Source: Narcine bancroftii (Eukaryota). From it: 64,000 nt of DNA. The stretch is from assembly GCF_036971445.1 (NCBI RefSeq), contig NC_091482.1, positions 23,994,001-24,058,000 on the forward strand, in the 5' to 3' direction. Positions 26,066 through 40,439 of the stretch are shown here, piece by piece. The notes beneath the pieces were generated by a model, which was not told where the DNA came from, searched no databases, and was given only the letters and a program-made list of their open reading frames with translations. Each line of letters opens with the position of its first letter. Positions within the stretch are counted from its first letter, which is position 1. A program made the position numbers and the translations under genes.

Positions 26066-29000
26066 AGCCCTCCCTGCTGAGCCCAGAGCCCCGCAAGCCC
26101 TTCCCACTGAATCCAGCCCCCATAAACCGTGCATTCAAACCAACCCAGCACCCCACAGCCCTTCCCACTGAACCCAGCCCCCATAAGCCGTGCATTCAAA
26201 CCAACCCAGCTCCCCACAGCCCTTCCCACTGAACCCAGCCCCCATAAACCGTGCATTCAAACCAACCCAGCACCCCACAGCCCTTCCCACTGAACCCAGC
26301 ACCCATAAACCGTGCATTCAAACCAACCCAGCACCCCACAGCCCTTCCCACTGAACCCAGCCCCCATAAGCCGTGCATTCAAACCAACCCAGCTCCCCAC
26401 AGCCCTTCCCACTGAACCCAGCCCCCATAAACCGTGCATTCAAACCAACCCAGCTCCCCACAGCCCTTCCCACTGAACCCAGGCCCATAAACCGTGCATT
26501 CAAACCAACCCAGCACCACACAGCCCTTCCCACTGAACCCAGCCCCCATAAGCCGAGCATTCAAACCAACCCAGCTCCCCACAGCCCTTCCCACTGAACC
26601 CAGCCCCCATAAACCGTGCATTCAAACCAACCCAGCACCCCTCAGCCCTTCCCACTGAACCCAGCCCCCATAAACCATGCATTCAAACCAACCCAGCACC
26701 CCACAGCCCTTCCCACTGAACCCAGCCCCCATAAACCGTGCATTCAAACCAACCCAGCACCCCACAGCCCTTACCACTGAACCCAGCCCCCATAAACCGT
26801 GCATTCAAACCAACCCAGCACCCCACAGCCCTTCCCACTGAACCCAGCCCCCATAAACCATGCATTCAAACCAACCCAGCACCCCACAGCCCTTCCCACT
26901 GAACCCTGCCCCCATAAACCGTGCATTCAAACCAACCCAGCACCCCTCAGCCCTTCCCACTGAACCCAGCCCCCATAAACCATGCATTCAAACCAACCCA
27001 GCACCCCACAGCCCTTCCCACTGAACCCAGCCCCCATAAACCGTGCATTCAAACCAACCCAGCACCCCACAGCCCTTCCCACTGAACCCAGCCCCCATAA
27101 ACCGTGCATTCAAACCAACCCAGCACCCCACAGCCCTTCCCACTGAACCCAGCCCCCATAAACCGTGCATTCAAACCAACCCAGCACCCCACAGCCCTTC
27201 CCACTGAACCCAGCCCCCATAAGCCGTGCATTCAAACCAACCCAGCTCCCCACAGCCCTTCCCACTGAACCCAGGCCCATAAACCGTGCATTCAAACCAA
27301 CCCAGCACCACACAGCCCTTCCCACTGAACCCAGCCCCCATAAACCGTGCATTCAAACCAACCCAGCACCCCACAGCCCTTCCCACTGAACCCAGCCGCC
27401 ATAAGCCGTGCATTCAAACCAACCCAGCTCCCCACAGCCCTTCCCACTGAACCCAGCCCCCATAAACCGTGCATTCAAACCAACCCAGCACCCCACAGCC
27501 CTTCCCACTGAACCCAGCCCCCATAAACCATGCATTCAAACCAACCCAGCACCCCACAGCCCTTCCCACTGAACCCAGCCCCCATAAACCGTGCATTCAA
27601 ACCAACCCAGCACCCCACAGCCCTTCCCACTGAACCCAGCCCCCATAAACCGTGCATTCAAACCAACCCAGCACCCCACAGCCCTTCCCACTGAACCCAG
27701 CCCCCATAAGCCGTGCATTCAAACAAACCCAGCACCCCACAGCCCTTCCCACTGAACCCAGCCCCCATAAACCGTACATTCAAACCCTCCTCTTCAAACC
27801 AGCACCCTGCAAGCCCTTCCCACTGAACCCTGCCCCCATAAACCGAGCATTCAAACCAACCCAGCACCCCACAGCCCTTCCCACTGAACCCAGCACCCAT
27901 AAACTGTGCATTCAAACCAACCCAGCACCCCACAGCCCTTCCCACTGAACCCAGTCCCCATAAACCGTGCATTCAAACCAAACCAGCACCCCACAGCCCT
28001 TCCCACTGAACCCAGCCCCCATAAACCGTGCATTCAAACCCTCCTCTTCAACCCAGCACCCTCCAAGCCCTTCCCACTGAACCCAGCCCCCATAAACCGT
28101 GCATTCAAACCAACCCAGCACCCCACAGCCCTTCCCACTGAACCCAGCACCCATAAACCGTGCATTCAAACCCTCCTCTTCAATCCAGCACCCCACAGCA
28201 CTTCCCACTGAACCCAGCCCCCATAAACCGTGCATTCAAACCAACCCAGCACCCACAGCCCTTCCCACTGAACCCAGCCCCCATAAACCGTGCATTCAAA
28301 CCAACCCAGCACCCACAGCCCTTCCCACTGAACCCAGCCCCCATAAACCGTGCATTCAAACCCTCCTCTTCAACCCAGCACCCCACAGCCCTTCCCACTG
28401 AACCCAGCCCCCATAAACTGTGCATTCAAACCAACCCAGCACCCCACAGCCCTTCCCACTGAACCCAGCACCCATAAACCATGCATTCAAACCCTCCTCT
28501 TCAACCCAGCACCCTGCAAGCCCTTCTCACTGAACCCAGCCCCCATAAACCGTGCATTCAAACCAACCCAGCACCCCACAGCCCTTCCCACTGAACCCAG
28601 CCCCCATAAACCGTGCATTCATACCAACCCAGCACCCCACAGCCCTTCCCACTGAACCCAGCACCCTTAAACCGTGCATTCAAACCCTCCTCTTCAACCC
28701 AGCACCCCACAGCACTTCCCACTGAACCCAGCCCCCATAAACCGTGCATTCAAACCAACCCAGCACCCTACAGCCCTTCCCACTGAACCCAGCCCCCATA
28801 AACCGTGCATTCAAACCAACCCAGCACCCCACAGCCCTTCCCACTGAACCCAGCCCCCATAAACTGTGCATTCAAACCAACCCAGCACCCCACAGCCCTT
28901 CCCACTGAACCCAGTCCCCATAAACCGTGCATTCAAACCAACCCAGCACCCCACAGCCCTTCCCACTGAACCCAGCCCCCATAAACCGTGCATTCAAACC

Positions 29001-32000
29001 CTCCTCTTCAACCCAGCACCCTGCAAGCCCTTCCCACTGAACCCAGCCCCCATAAACCGTGCATTCAAACCAACCCAGCACCCCACAGCCCTTCCCACTG
29101 AACCCAGCACCCATAAACCGTGCATTCAAACCCTCCTCTTCAACCCAGCACCCCACAGCACGTCCCACTGAACCCAGCCCCCATAAACCGTGCATTCAAA
29201 CCAACCCAGCACCCACAGCCCTTCCCACTGAACCCAGCCCCCATAAACCGTGCATTCAAACAACCCAGCACCCCACAGCCCTTCCCACTGAACCCAGCCC
29301 CCATAAACCGTGCATTCAAACCAACCCAGCACCCCACAGCCCTTCCCACTGAACCCAGCCCCCATAAACCATGCATTCAAGCCAACCCAGCACCCCACAG
29401 CCCTTCCCACTGAACCCAGCCGCCATAAACCGTGCATTCAAACCAACCCAGCACCCCACAGCCCTTCCCACTGAACCCAGCCCCCATAAGCCGTGCATTC
29501 AAACCAACCCAGCACCCCACAGCCCTTCCCACTGAACCCAGCCCCCATAAACCGTACATTCAAACCCTCCACTTCAAACCAGCACCCTGCAAGCCCTTCC
29601 CACTGAACCCAGCCCCCATAAACCGAGCATTCAAACCAACCCAGCACCCCACAGCCCTTCCCACTGAACCCAGCCCCCATAAACCGTGCATTCAAACCAA
29701 CCCAGCACCCCACAGCCCTTCCCACTGAACCCAGCACCCATAAACCGTGCATTCAAACCAACCCAGCACCCCACAGCCCTTCCCACTGAACCCAGCCCCC
29801 ATAAGCCGTGCATTCAAACCAACCCAGCACCCCACAGCCCTTCCCACTGAACCCAGCACCCATAAACCATGCATTCAAACCCTCCTCTTCAACCCAGCAC
29901 CCTGCAAGCCCTTCTCACTGAACCCAGCCCCCATAAACCGTGCATTCAAACCAACCCAGCACCCTACAGCCCTTCCCACTGAACCCAGCCCCCATAAACC
30001 GTGCATTCAAACCAACCCAGCACCCCACAGCCCTTCCCACTGAACCCAGCCCCCATAAACTGTGCATTCAAACCAACCCAGCACCCCACAGCCCTTCCCA
30101 CTGAACCCAGTCCCCATAAACCGTGCATTCAAACCCTCCTCTTCAACCCAGCACCCTGCAAGCCCTTCCCACTGAACCCAGCCCCCATAAACCGTGCATT
30201 CAAACCAACCCAGCACCCCACAGCCCTTCCCACTGAACCCAGCACCCATAAACCGTGCATTCAAACCCTCCTCTTCAACCCAGCACCCCACAGCCCTTCC
30301 CACTGAACCCAGCCCCCATAAACCATGCATTCAAACCAACCCAGCACCCCACAGCCCTTCCCACTGAACCCAGCCCCCATAAACCATGCATTCAAGCCAA
30401 CCCAGCACCCCACAGCCCTTCCCACTGAACCCAGCCGCCATAAACCGTGCATTCAAACCAACCCAGCACCCCACAGCCCTTCCCACTGAACCCAGCCCCC
30501 ATAAGCCGTGCATTCAAACCAACCCAGCACCCCACAGCCCTTCCCACTGAACCCAGCCCCCATAAACCGTACATTCAAACCCTCCACTTCAAACCAGCAC
30601 CCTGCAAGCCCTTCCCACTGAACCCAGCCCCCATAAACCGAGCATTCAAACCAACCCAGCACCCCACAGCCCTTCCCACTGAACCCAGCCCCCATAAACC
30701 GTGCATTCAAACCAACCCAGCACCCCACAGCCCTTCCCACTGAACCCAGCACCCATAAACCGTGCATTCAAACCAACCCAGCACCCCACAGCCCTTCCCA
30801 CTGAACCCAGCCCCCATAAGCCGTGCATTCAAACCAACCCAGCACCCCACAGCCCTTCCCACTGAACCCAGCACCCATAAACCGTGCATTCAAACCAACC
30901 CAGCACCCCACAGCCCTTCCCACTGAACCCAGCCCCCATAAACCGTGCATTCAAACCAACCCAGCACCCCACATCCCTTCCCACTGAACCCTGCCCCCAT
31001 AAACCGTGCATTCAAACCAACCCAGCACCCCTCAGCCCTTCCCACTGAACCCAGCCCCCATAAACCATGCATTCAAACCAACCTAGCACCCCACAGCCCT
31101 TCCCACTGAACCCAGCCCCCATAAACCGTGCATTCAAACCAACCCAGCACCCCACAGCCCTTCCCACTGAACCCAGCCCCCATAAACCGTGCATTCAAAC
31201 CAACCCAGCACCCCACAGCCCTTCCCACTGAACCCAGCCCCCATAAACCGTGCATTCAAACCAACCCAGCACCCCACAGCCCTTCCCACTGAACCCAGCC
31301 CCCATAAGCCGTGCATTCAAACCAACCCAGCTCCCCACAGCCCTTCCCACTGAACCCAGGCCCATAAACCGTGCATTCAAACCAACCCAGCACCACACAG
31401 CCCTTCCCACTGAACCCAGCCCCCATAAACCGTGCATTCAAACCAACCCAGCACCCCACAGCCCTTCCCACTGAACCCAGCCGCCATAAGCCGTGCATTC
31501 AAACCAACCCAGCTCCCCACAGCCCTTCCCACTGAACCCAGCCCCCATAAACCGTGCATTCAAACCAACCCAGCACCCCACAGCCCTTCCCACTGAACCC
31601 AGCCCCCATAAACCATGCATTCAAACCAACCCAGCACCCCACAGCCCTTCCCACTGAACCCAGCCCCCATAAACCGTGCATTCAAACCAACCCAGCACCC
31701 CACAGCCCTTCCCACTGAACCCAGCCCCCATAAACCGTGCATTCAAACCAACCCAGCACCCCACAGCCCTTCCCACTGAACCCAGCCCCCATAAGCCGTG
31801 CATTCAAACAAACCCAGCACCCCACAGCCCTTCCCACTGAACCCAGCCCCCATAAACCGTACATTCAAACCCTCCTCTTCAAACCAGCACCCTGCAAGCC
31901 CTTCCCACTGAACCCTGCCCCCATAAACCGAGCATTCAAACCAACCCAGCACCCCACAGCCCTTCCCACTGAACCCAGCACCCATAAACTGTGCATTCAA

Positions 32001-35000
32001 ACCAACCCAGCACCCCACAGCCCTTCCCCCTGAACCCAGTCCCCATAAACCGTGCATTCAAACCAAACCAGCACCCCACAGCCCTTCCCAATGAACCCAG
32101 CCCCCATAAACCGTGCATTCAAACCCTCCTCTTCAACCCAGCACCCTGCAAGCCCTTCCCACTGAACCCAGCCCCCATAAACCGTGCATTCAAACCAACC
32201 CAGCACCCCACAGCCCTTCCCACTGAACCCAGCACCCATAAACCGTGCATTCAAACCCTCCTCTTCAACCCAGCACCCCACAGCACTTCCCACTGAACCC
32301 AGCCCCCATAAACCGTGCATTCAAACCAACCCAGCACCCACAGCCCTTCCCACTGAACCCAGCCCCCATAAACCGTGCATTCAAACCAACCCAGCACCCA
32401 CAGCCCTTCCCACTGAACCCAGCCCCCATAAACCGTGCATTCAAACCCTCCTCTTCAACCCAGCACCCCACAGCCCTTCCCACTGAACGCAGCCCCCATA
32501 AACTGTGCATTCAAACCAACCCAGCACCCCACAGCCCTTCCCACTGAACCCAGCACCCATAAACCATGCATTCAAACCCTCCTCTTCAACCCAGCACCCT
32601 GCAAGCCCTTCTCACTGAACCCAGCCCCCATAAACCGTGCATTCAAACCAACCCAGCACCCCACAGCCCTTCCCACTGAACCCAGCCCCCATAAACCGTG
32701 CATTCAAACCAACCCAGCACCCCACAGCCCTTCCCACTGAACCCAGCACCCTTAAACCGTGCATTCAAACCCTCCTCTTCAACCCAGCACCCCACAGCAC
32801 TTCCCACTGAACCCAGCCCCCATAAACCGTGCATTCAAACCAACCCAGCACCCTACAGCCCTTCCCACTGAACCCAGCCCCCATAAACCGTGCATTCAAA
32901 CCAACCCAGCACCCCACAGCCCTTCCCACTGAAACCAGCCCCCATAAACTGTGCATTCAAACCAACCCAGCACCCCACAGCCCTTCCCACTGAACCCAGT
33001 CCCCATAAACCGTGCATTCAAACCAACCCAGCACCCCACAGCCCTTCCCACTGAACCCAGCCCCCATAAACCGTGCATTCAAACCCTCCTCTTCAACCCA
33101 GCACCCTGCAAGCCCTTCCCACTGAACCCAGCCCCCATAAACCGTGCATTCAAACCAACCCAGCACCCCACAGCCCTTCCCACTGAACCCAGCACCCATA
33201 AACCGTGCATTCAAACCCTCCTCTTCAACCCAGCACCCCACAGCACTTCCCACTGAACCCAGCCCCCATAAACCGTGCATTCAAACCAACCCAGCACCCA
33301 CAGCCCTTCCCACTGAACCCAGCCCCCATAAACCGTGCATTCAAACAAACCCAGCACCCACAGCCCTTCCCACTGAACCCAGCCCCCATAAACCGTGCAT
33401 TCAAACCAACCCAGCACCCCACAGCCCTTCCCACTGAACCCAGCCCCCATAAGCCGTGCATTCAAACAAACCCAGCACCCCACAGCCCTTCCCACTGAAC
33501 CCAGCCCCCATAAACCATACATTCAAACCCTCCTCTTCAAACCAGCACCCTGCAAGCCCTTCCCACTGAACCCTGCCCCCATAAACCGAGCATTCAAACC
33601 AACCCAGCACCCCACAGCCCTTCCCACTGAACCCAGCACCCATAAACTGTGCATTCAAACCAACCCAGCACCCCACAGCCCTTCCCACTGAACCCAGTCC
33701 CCATAAACCGTGCATTCAAACCAAACCAGCACCCCACAGCCCTTCCCACTGAACCCAGCCCCCATAAACCGTGCATTCAAACCCTCCTCTTCAACCCAGC
33801 ACCCTGCAAGCCCTTCCCACTGAACCCAGCCCCCATAAACCGTGCATTCAAGCCAACCCAGCACCCCACAGCCCTTCCCACTGAACCCAGCACCCATAAA
33901 CCGTGCATTCAAACCCTCCTCTTCAACCCAGCACCCCACAGCACTTCCCACTGAACCCAGCCCCCATAAACCGTGCATTCAAACCAACCCAGCACCCACA
34001 GCCCTTCCCACTGAACCCAGCCCCCATAAACCGTGCATTCAAACCAACCCAGCACCCACAGCCCTTCCCACTGAACCCAGCCCCCATAAACCGTGCATTC
34101 AAACCCTCCTCTTCAACCCAGCACCCCACAGCCCTTCCCACTGAACCCAGCCCCCATAAACTGTGCATTCAAACCAACCCAGCACCCCACAGCCCTTCCC
34201 ACTGAACCCAGCACCCATAAACCATGCATTCAAACCCTCCTCTTCAACCCAGCACCCTGCAAGCCCTTCTCACTGAACCCAGCCCCCATAAACCGTGCAT
34301 TCAAACCAACCCAGCACCCCACAGCCCTTCCCACTGAACCCAGCCCCCATAAACCGTGCATTCAAACCAACCCAGCACCCCACAGCCCTTCCCACTGAAC
34401 CCAGCACCCTTAAACCGTGCATTCAAACCCTCCTCTTCAACCCAGCACCCCACAGCACTTCCCACTGAACCCAGCCCCCATAAACCGTGCATTCAAACCA
34501 ACCCAGCACCCTACAGCCCTTCCCACTGAACCCAGCCCCCATAAACCGTGCATTCAAACCAACCCAGCACCCCACAGCCCTTCCCACTGAACCCAGCACC
34601 CATAAACCGTGCATTCAAACCCTCCTCTTCAACCCAGCACCCCACAGCACTTCCCACTGAACCCAGCCCCCATAAACCGTGCATTCAAACCAACCCAGCA
34701 CCCACAGCCCTTCCCACTGAACCCAGCCCCCATAAACCGTGCATTCAAACCAACCCAGCACCCACAGCCCTTCCCACTGAACCCAGCCCCCATAAACCGT
34801 GCATTCAAACCCTCTTCTTCAACCCAGCACCCCACAGCCCTTCCCACTGAACCCAGCCCCCATAAACTGTGCATTCAAACCAACCCAGCACCCCACAGCC
34901 CTTCCCACTGAACCCAGTCCCCATAAACCGTGCATTCAAACCAACCCAGCACCCCACAGCCCTTCCCACTGAACCCAGCCCCCATAAACCGTGCATTCAA

Positions 35001-36560
35001 ACCCTCCTCTTCAACCCAGCACCCTGCAAGCCCTTCCCACTGAACCCAGCCCCCATAAACCGTGCATTCAAACCAACCCAGCACCCCACAGCCCTTCCCA
35101 CTGAACCCAGCACCCATAAACCGTGCATTCAAACCCTCCTCTTCAACCCAGCACCCCACAGCACTTCCCACTGAACCCAGCCCCCATAAACCGTGCATTC
35201 AAACCAACCCAGCACCCACAGCCCTTCCCACTGAACCCAGCCCCCATAAACCGTGCATTCAAACCAACCCAGCACCCACAGCCCTTCCCACTGAACCCAG
35301 CCCCCATAAACCGTGCATTCAAACCCTCCTCTTCAACCCAGCACCCCACAGCCCTTCCCACTGAACCCAGCCCCCATAAACTGTGCATTCAAACCAACCC
35401 AGCACCCCACAGCCCTTCCCACTGAACCCAGCACCCATAAACCATGCATTCAAACCCTCCTCTTCAACCCAGCACCCTGCAAGCCCTTCCCACTGAACCC
35501 AGCCCCCATAAACCGTGCATTCAAACCAACCCAGCACCCCACAGCCCTTCCCACTGAACCCAGCCCCCATAAACCGTGCATTCAAACCAACCCAGCACCC
35601 CACAGCCCTTCCCACTGAACCCAGCACCCTTAAACCGTGCATTCAAACCCTCCTCTTCAACCCAGCACCCCACAGCACTTCCCACTGAACCCAGCCCCCA
35701 TAAACCGTGCATTCAAACCAACCCAGCACCCTACAGCCCTTCCCACTGAACCCAGCCCCCATAAACCGTGCATTCAAACCAACCCAGCACCCCACAGCCC
35801 TTCCCACTGAACCCAGCCCCCATAAACCGTGCATTCAAACCAACCCAGCACCCCACAGCCCTTCCCACTGAACCCAGCACCCATAAACCGTGCATTCAAA
35901 CCCTCCTCTTCAACCCAGCACCCCACAGCACTTCCCACTGAACCCAGCCCCCATAAACCGTGCATTCAATCCAACCCTGCACCCCACAGCCCTTCCCACT
36001 GAACCCAGCCCCCATAAACCGTGCATTCAAACCAACCCAGCACCCCACAGCCCTTCCCACTGAACCCAGCCCCCATAAACCGTGCATTCAAACCAACCCA
36101 GCACCCCACAGCCCTTCCCACTGAACCCAGCACCCATAAACCGTGCATTCAAACCAACCTAGCACCCCACAGCCCTTCCCACTGAACCCAGCACCCATAA
36201 ACCGTGCATTCAAACCCTCCTCTTCAACCCAGCACCCCACAGCACTTCCCACTGAACCCAGCCCCCATAAACTGTGCATTCAAACCAACCCAGCACCCCA
36301 CAGCCCTTCCCACTGAACCCAGCCCCCATAAACCGTGCATTCAAACCAACCCAGCACCCCACAGCCCTTCCCACTGATCCCAGCCCCCATAAACCGTGCA
36401 TTCAAACCAACCCAGCACCCCACAGCCCTTCCCACTGAACCCAGCCCCCATAAACCGTGCATTCAAACCCTCCTCTTCAACCCAGCACCCTGCAAGCCCT
36501 TCCCACTGAACCCAGCACCCATAAACCGTGCATTCAAACCCTCCCCTCCAAACCCAGCAC
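26065..36560. repeat. tandem array of ~61-bp units (roughly 170 copies) with 60- and 70-bp variants
   Basis: unit CAGCCCTTCCCACTGAACCCAGCCCCCATAAACCGTGCATTCAAACCAACCCAGCACCCCA; the 70-bp variant carries CTCCTCTTC. Confidence 0.98.
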
Positions 36561-36717
36561 CCTACAAAGGTCGGCATCACCCTGCCCGCCAAACCCACCA
36601 CCCCACGAAACCCAGCAGCCCACAAACCCTGCCCTGAAACCTTCCCCTCCGAAGCCAGCCATCCCGCAAACCCTGCCACTATACACCTCCTTCCCCCATA
36701 CCAAAGGCTTCAAAGCC

Positions 36718-37470
36718 CTTTCTTTCTTTTTTTTAAACTTTATTTATTCATTCAAAAAACAAACAATATATGACATATGCAGCATTTAAACATGAACATG
36801 AATTTTTTTTTATATATGGAAAAAAAAGAAAAGAACCCACCCCCCCCTTCAGCCAACTCTCCTAAGGAGAGCCTTAAAAAAGAAAAAAGAAAGAATATTA
36901 AAGAAAAAGTTAAATATACATATTAAAATCTAGTCAATATAAATTGAAATGTAAATATTCTGCATATAACAGCCACTTATTAATTAAAAAATTATAATTA
37001 TCATGCGAAACATATGTAATTTTTTCCATTATTAAACAATATTTCATCTCATTATGCCATCTATTAATATCAATCATATTTGTATCTTTCCACGTACTAG
37101 CAATACATTTTTTCACTACGGATAAAGCTAAATATACAAAAGGAAGCTGGAACTTATTTAATCCCAAACCTTTCAGAGGTTGCAAACTACCCAATAAAAA
37201 TGCTGTTGGATCTAAAACTATTTTAATCTTCGACAGATATTCTAAAAACGATTGAATTTTCTTCCAAAAAGATTGTATATGTATACATAACCAAACAGCA
37301 TGAAAAAAAGTTCCAATCGTATCACCACATCTAAAAAACATATCTGATTCATTAAAACCATGTTTTTTTAATTTTTCAGGTGTCAAATATAATTGATATA
37401 AAAAATTGTAATTAATCATTGCATAACGTGCATTTATCAATCTAGTTACACTATCTAACCAATCATCTTC
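36718..37470 (-). mobile_element. L1/Tx1-type 3' fragment, same family as 23511-24210
   Basis: ORF 36934-37731 FRCGDTIGTFFHAVWLC...IMEKITY. Confidence 0.8.
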
Positions 37471-37859
37471 AGAAAAAAATAAAACCAATATCCGCTTTCC
37501 GTTTAATTTTAGATCTATCTCAACCCTTTCTTTCTTTCTCATCAGCAGACCCAAATAGACCCCTCCACCACCACCCTCCTCCAGCTGGCAGAAAATAACT
37601 ACTACAAACTTGTACACCAAAGCACAGCTCCCTGAAGTAACCCCTAAAATACAAATCCTATAAACTATCCACTTCAAAACACAGTGCAAAATACCTTCAC
37701 CCTCACAACATAATCCTGCATTAGTCGACATAAAAGAAACAATTCACCCCGGATATACACTGTACCCCGAGAGAACAAAATTCCCCTCCCACCAAAACAT
37801 CATCCCCAACATGTGGTTTGATTCTCCCCAAAAAAGAACAGCATTTGGAATCATCATTA

Positions 37860-38415
37860 TCAGTGGGGCCAAATATGGAGTATTTTGTGCATTTCTGGTC
37901 ACCTAACTGCAGGAAGGCTATCAGTAAGTTTGAAAGAGTGCAAAGAAGATTTATTACGATGTTGCCGGGTCTTCAGGAGTGTAGTTACAGGGAAAGATTA
38001 AACAGGTTAGGACATTATTCCTTGGAGCGTTGAAGAATGAGGGGAGATTTGATAGTTTACAAAATTATGAGGGGTATAGACAGAGTAAATTTGAGTAGGC
38101 TCCACTTAGATTAGGAGAGATAAATATGAGATGACATGGCTTTAGGATGAAAGAAAAAAAGGTTTAGGGGGAACATTAGGGAGAACATCTTCAGAGAGTG
38201 GTGGGGGTGTGGAACAACCTGCCATCTGACATAGTAAATATGGGTTTAATCTTAAGTTTTAAGAATAAATTGGATAGATATAGTACATGGATGGGAGAGG
38301 TCTGGAAGGTTATGGACTGGGTGCAGGTTAATCGGACTAGCGGAATAATGTTTCAGCAGAGACTAGAAGGGCCAAATGGCCTGTTTTATATGCTGTCGTG
38401 TTCTTTGGTTTTTCT
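37860..38415 (+). mobile_element. CR1 LINE 3' fragment, degenerate
   Basis: ERVQRRFITMLPG and a 3' UTR similar to 7300-7440. Confidence 0.85.
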
Positions 38416-38417
38416 AT

Positions 38418-39380
38418 TCAAGTTTATTGTCATCTGATTTCACAATTACAACCCGATGAACAAGAAAATGGAGACACATAATCGGACAAACAATATATAT
38501 GCAGGACAAGTATCCATATAGACAGATAAATAAATAAATTTTGATTTGTGAACATGAGAGTCTCGAATGGTGAATGTGAGCAGTTCCTTTGCTTGTTCAG
38601 TAATCTCACTGACCATGACAGAAGCTTTTCTTCATTCTGGTGGGGCTGGCTCTGATAGTCCTGTATCTCTTTCTCAACAGGAGCAGCTGAAAGATGTTGT
38701 ATGCAGGGAGAAAGGGTCGTCAGTGATTTTGCATGTCCTGTTCAGACAACGATCCAAGTAAATCACATTAATAGGGTGGGGGGGGGGGGGAGAGGGTGTG
38801 GGGGATGGAAACTCCAGTGATCCTCTCTGCCACTCATTTGGTCCTGTGGATTGACACACTGTGATACAGCCGGCCAGGACATTCTCAATAGAGCTCCTGT
38901 AGAAGGTTGACATAATGGTGGCCGGTAGCCTTGCCTGCTTCAATCTTCTCAGGAAGTGCAGTCGCTGCTGCACTTTCCTGACAAGTAAGGAGATGTTGAG
39001 TCCATGATAGGTCACTAGTTAAGTGAACTCCAAGCAATGGTGATCTCCATTCCCTCTACTACAGAGTTGTTGATGAGTAGTGAAGGGTAGTCATTCCTAG
39101 TCCTCCTAAAGTCCACGATCATCTCCTTCATCTTGTCCATGTTCATACTCAGGTTGTTACTCTCACACCATATCATGAAATTTCCACCTGTTCTCTGTAG
39201 TGTGACTCATTGTTGCTCCTGCCAAGGCCAACTGTTGGAGTTGGATCTGGCATTGCAGTCATGGGTCAGTAACGTGAACAGGGGAGGGGTAAGCACACAG
39301 CTCTGAGGTGCGCCAGTGGTCAGCTTGACAGTGCTTGACATTCTACTACCAACCTGGACAGACTGTGGTCTTTCTCTTAT
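38418..39380 (-). mobile_element. L2-clade LINE 3' fragment
   Basis: TGAPQSCVLTPPLFTL, QQRLHFLRRLK, FYRSSIENVL; AATAAA plus short-repeat tail. Confidence 0.8.
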
Positions 39381-39619
39381 CTGGTATGTGAGTGGAAAGG
39401 GAAGGTTGAGAATCACTGCTCTGGACCTAATTGTTACTGAAATATTTTGCTTGAGAAAAATGTCATTGGTCCATTTCCTTTGGAGTTATGAAACCATGCA
39501 CATAACAAGTCAATTAGGGACGATGAAGACTATGGTTTCCTCCTGTTTAAAAAAGGATGCAAGCATGTCTATTGTCAGGAAAATGTTTGAAGCTTTTAAC
39601 AAGACATTTGGATAGAAAT

Positions 39620-40005
39620 TGCCCATTGGGCAGATGCAATATGGATTCAGGAAGGGCTAATCTTTTTTCAACTTATTTACTGGAGTTCTTTGAGGATATA
39701 ACAAGTGCAGTGGATAGAGGAGAACAGGTGGATGTTGTATACTTGGATTTCCTGAAGATGTTGTATAAGGTGCCAGATAAAATACTTAATCCATAAGATA
39801 AAGATGCATGGATTTGTGGGTAAACAAGAAGTATGCAAATCTTTCAGTACACAGAAGTGCTGGAGAAACTCAGCAGGTCATGCAGAATTCAAGAAAGCAA
39901 AAGGCAGCCTAAGCTTTTCTTCAAGGGTTTGGAGTTCAAGAGTTGGGTTAATGTACTAGTATGGATCGAAGATTGGTTAACCAATAGAAGACGGAGTTGG
40001 GATGA
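39620..40005 (+). mobile_element. CR1 RT fragment with a short inserted Penelope-type piece
   Basis: LLEFFEDITSAVDRGEQVDVVYLDF. Confidence 0.65.
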
Positions 40006-40439
40006 ATCAATATTATGTTCAACAATTTCATTAAATTATGATTTCCAGCTTTCGGATTTCACATTTCCTGTTGCCACTTTTTTTTGTTTCGGTGGTTTAG
40101 ATAACTGTTTGCTTCTCCCAGTTATACATCCTCCAATCTAGACAATTGCCATTCACTAATTCCTTCATCAGCCTCCTTCCCCAACATTGTTAGATCTTTC
40201 CTCATATCTTCTTTTTTAGCAATAAAAAAAATACTTTTGCATCTTTACCCAGTTCTGACAAAAAAAATCACTTGAAACATTCAGTTTCTCTCCACATATT
40301 CTGAGTGACCTGCTGCATGTTTCAGCATTTTACTTAATTGCAGATATTTAGTATCTGGAGTGTTTCGTTATTCAAAATAATGGTGCATTTACAATGAAAG
40401 ATTAATCCCAAAAATTGGAGACTACAGTATCAAAGGTTG

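Noticed and set aside
25626-26232. Long plus-strand ORFs in the CpG island (likewise 60149-60709 and 16891-17422)
   Set aside because: Stop-poor GC-rich sequence; no domain motifs or supporting splice structure.
26065-36560. Dozens of repetitive 60-107 aa ORFs; superficial resemblance to a CRISPR array or a mucin
   Set aside because: There are no unique spacers or cas genes and the context is eukaryotic. The 61-bp unit shifts frame each copy, with regular stops, so the ORFs are artefacts.
36934-37731. 265-aa ORF
   Set aside because: It is a chance fusion of flanking sequence to an L1/Tx1 C-terminal fragment.
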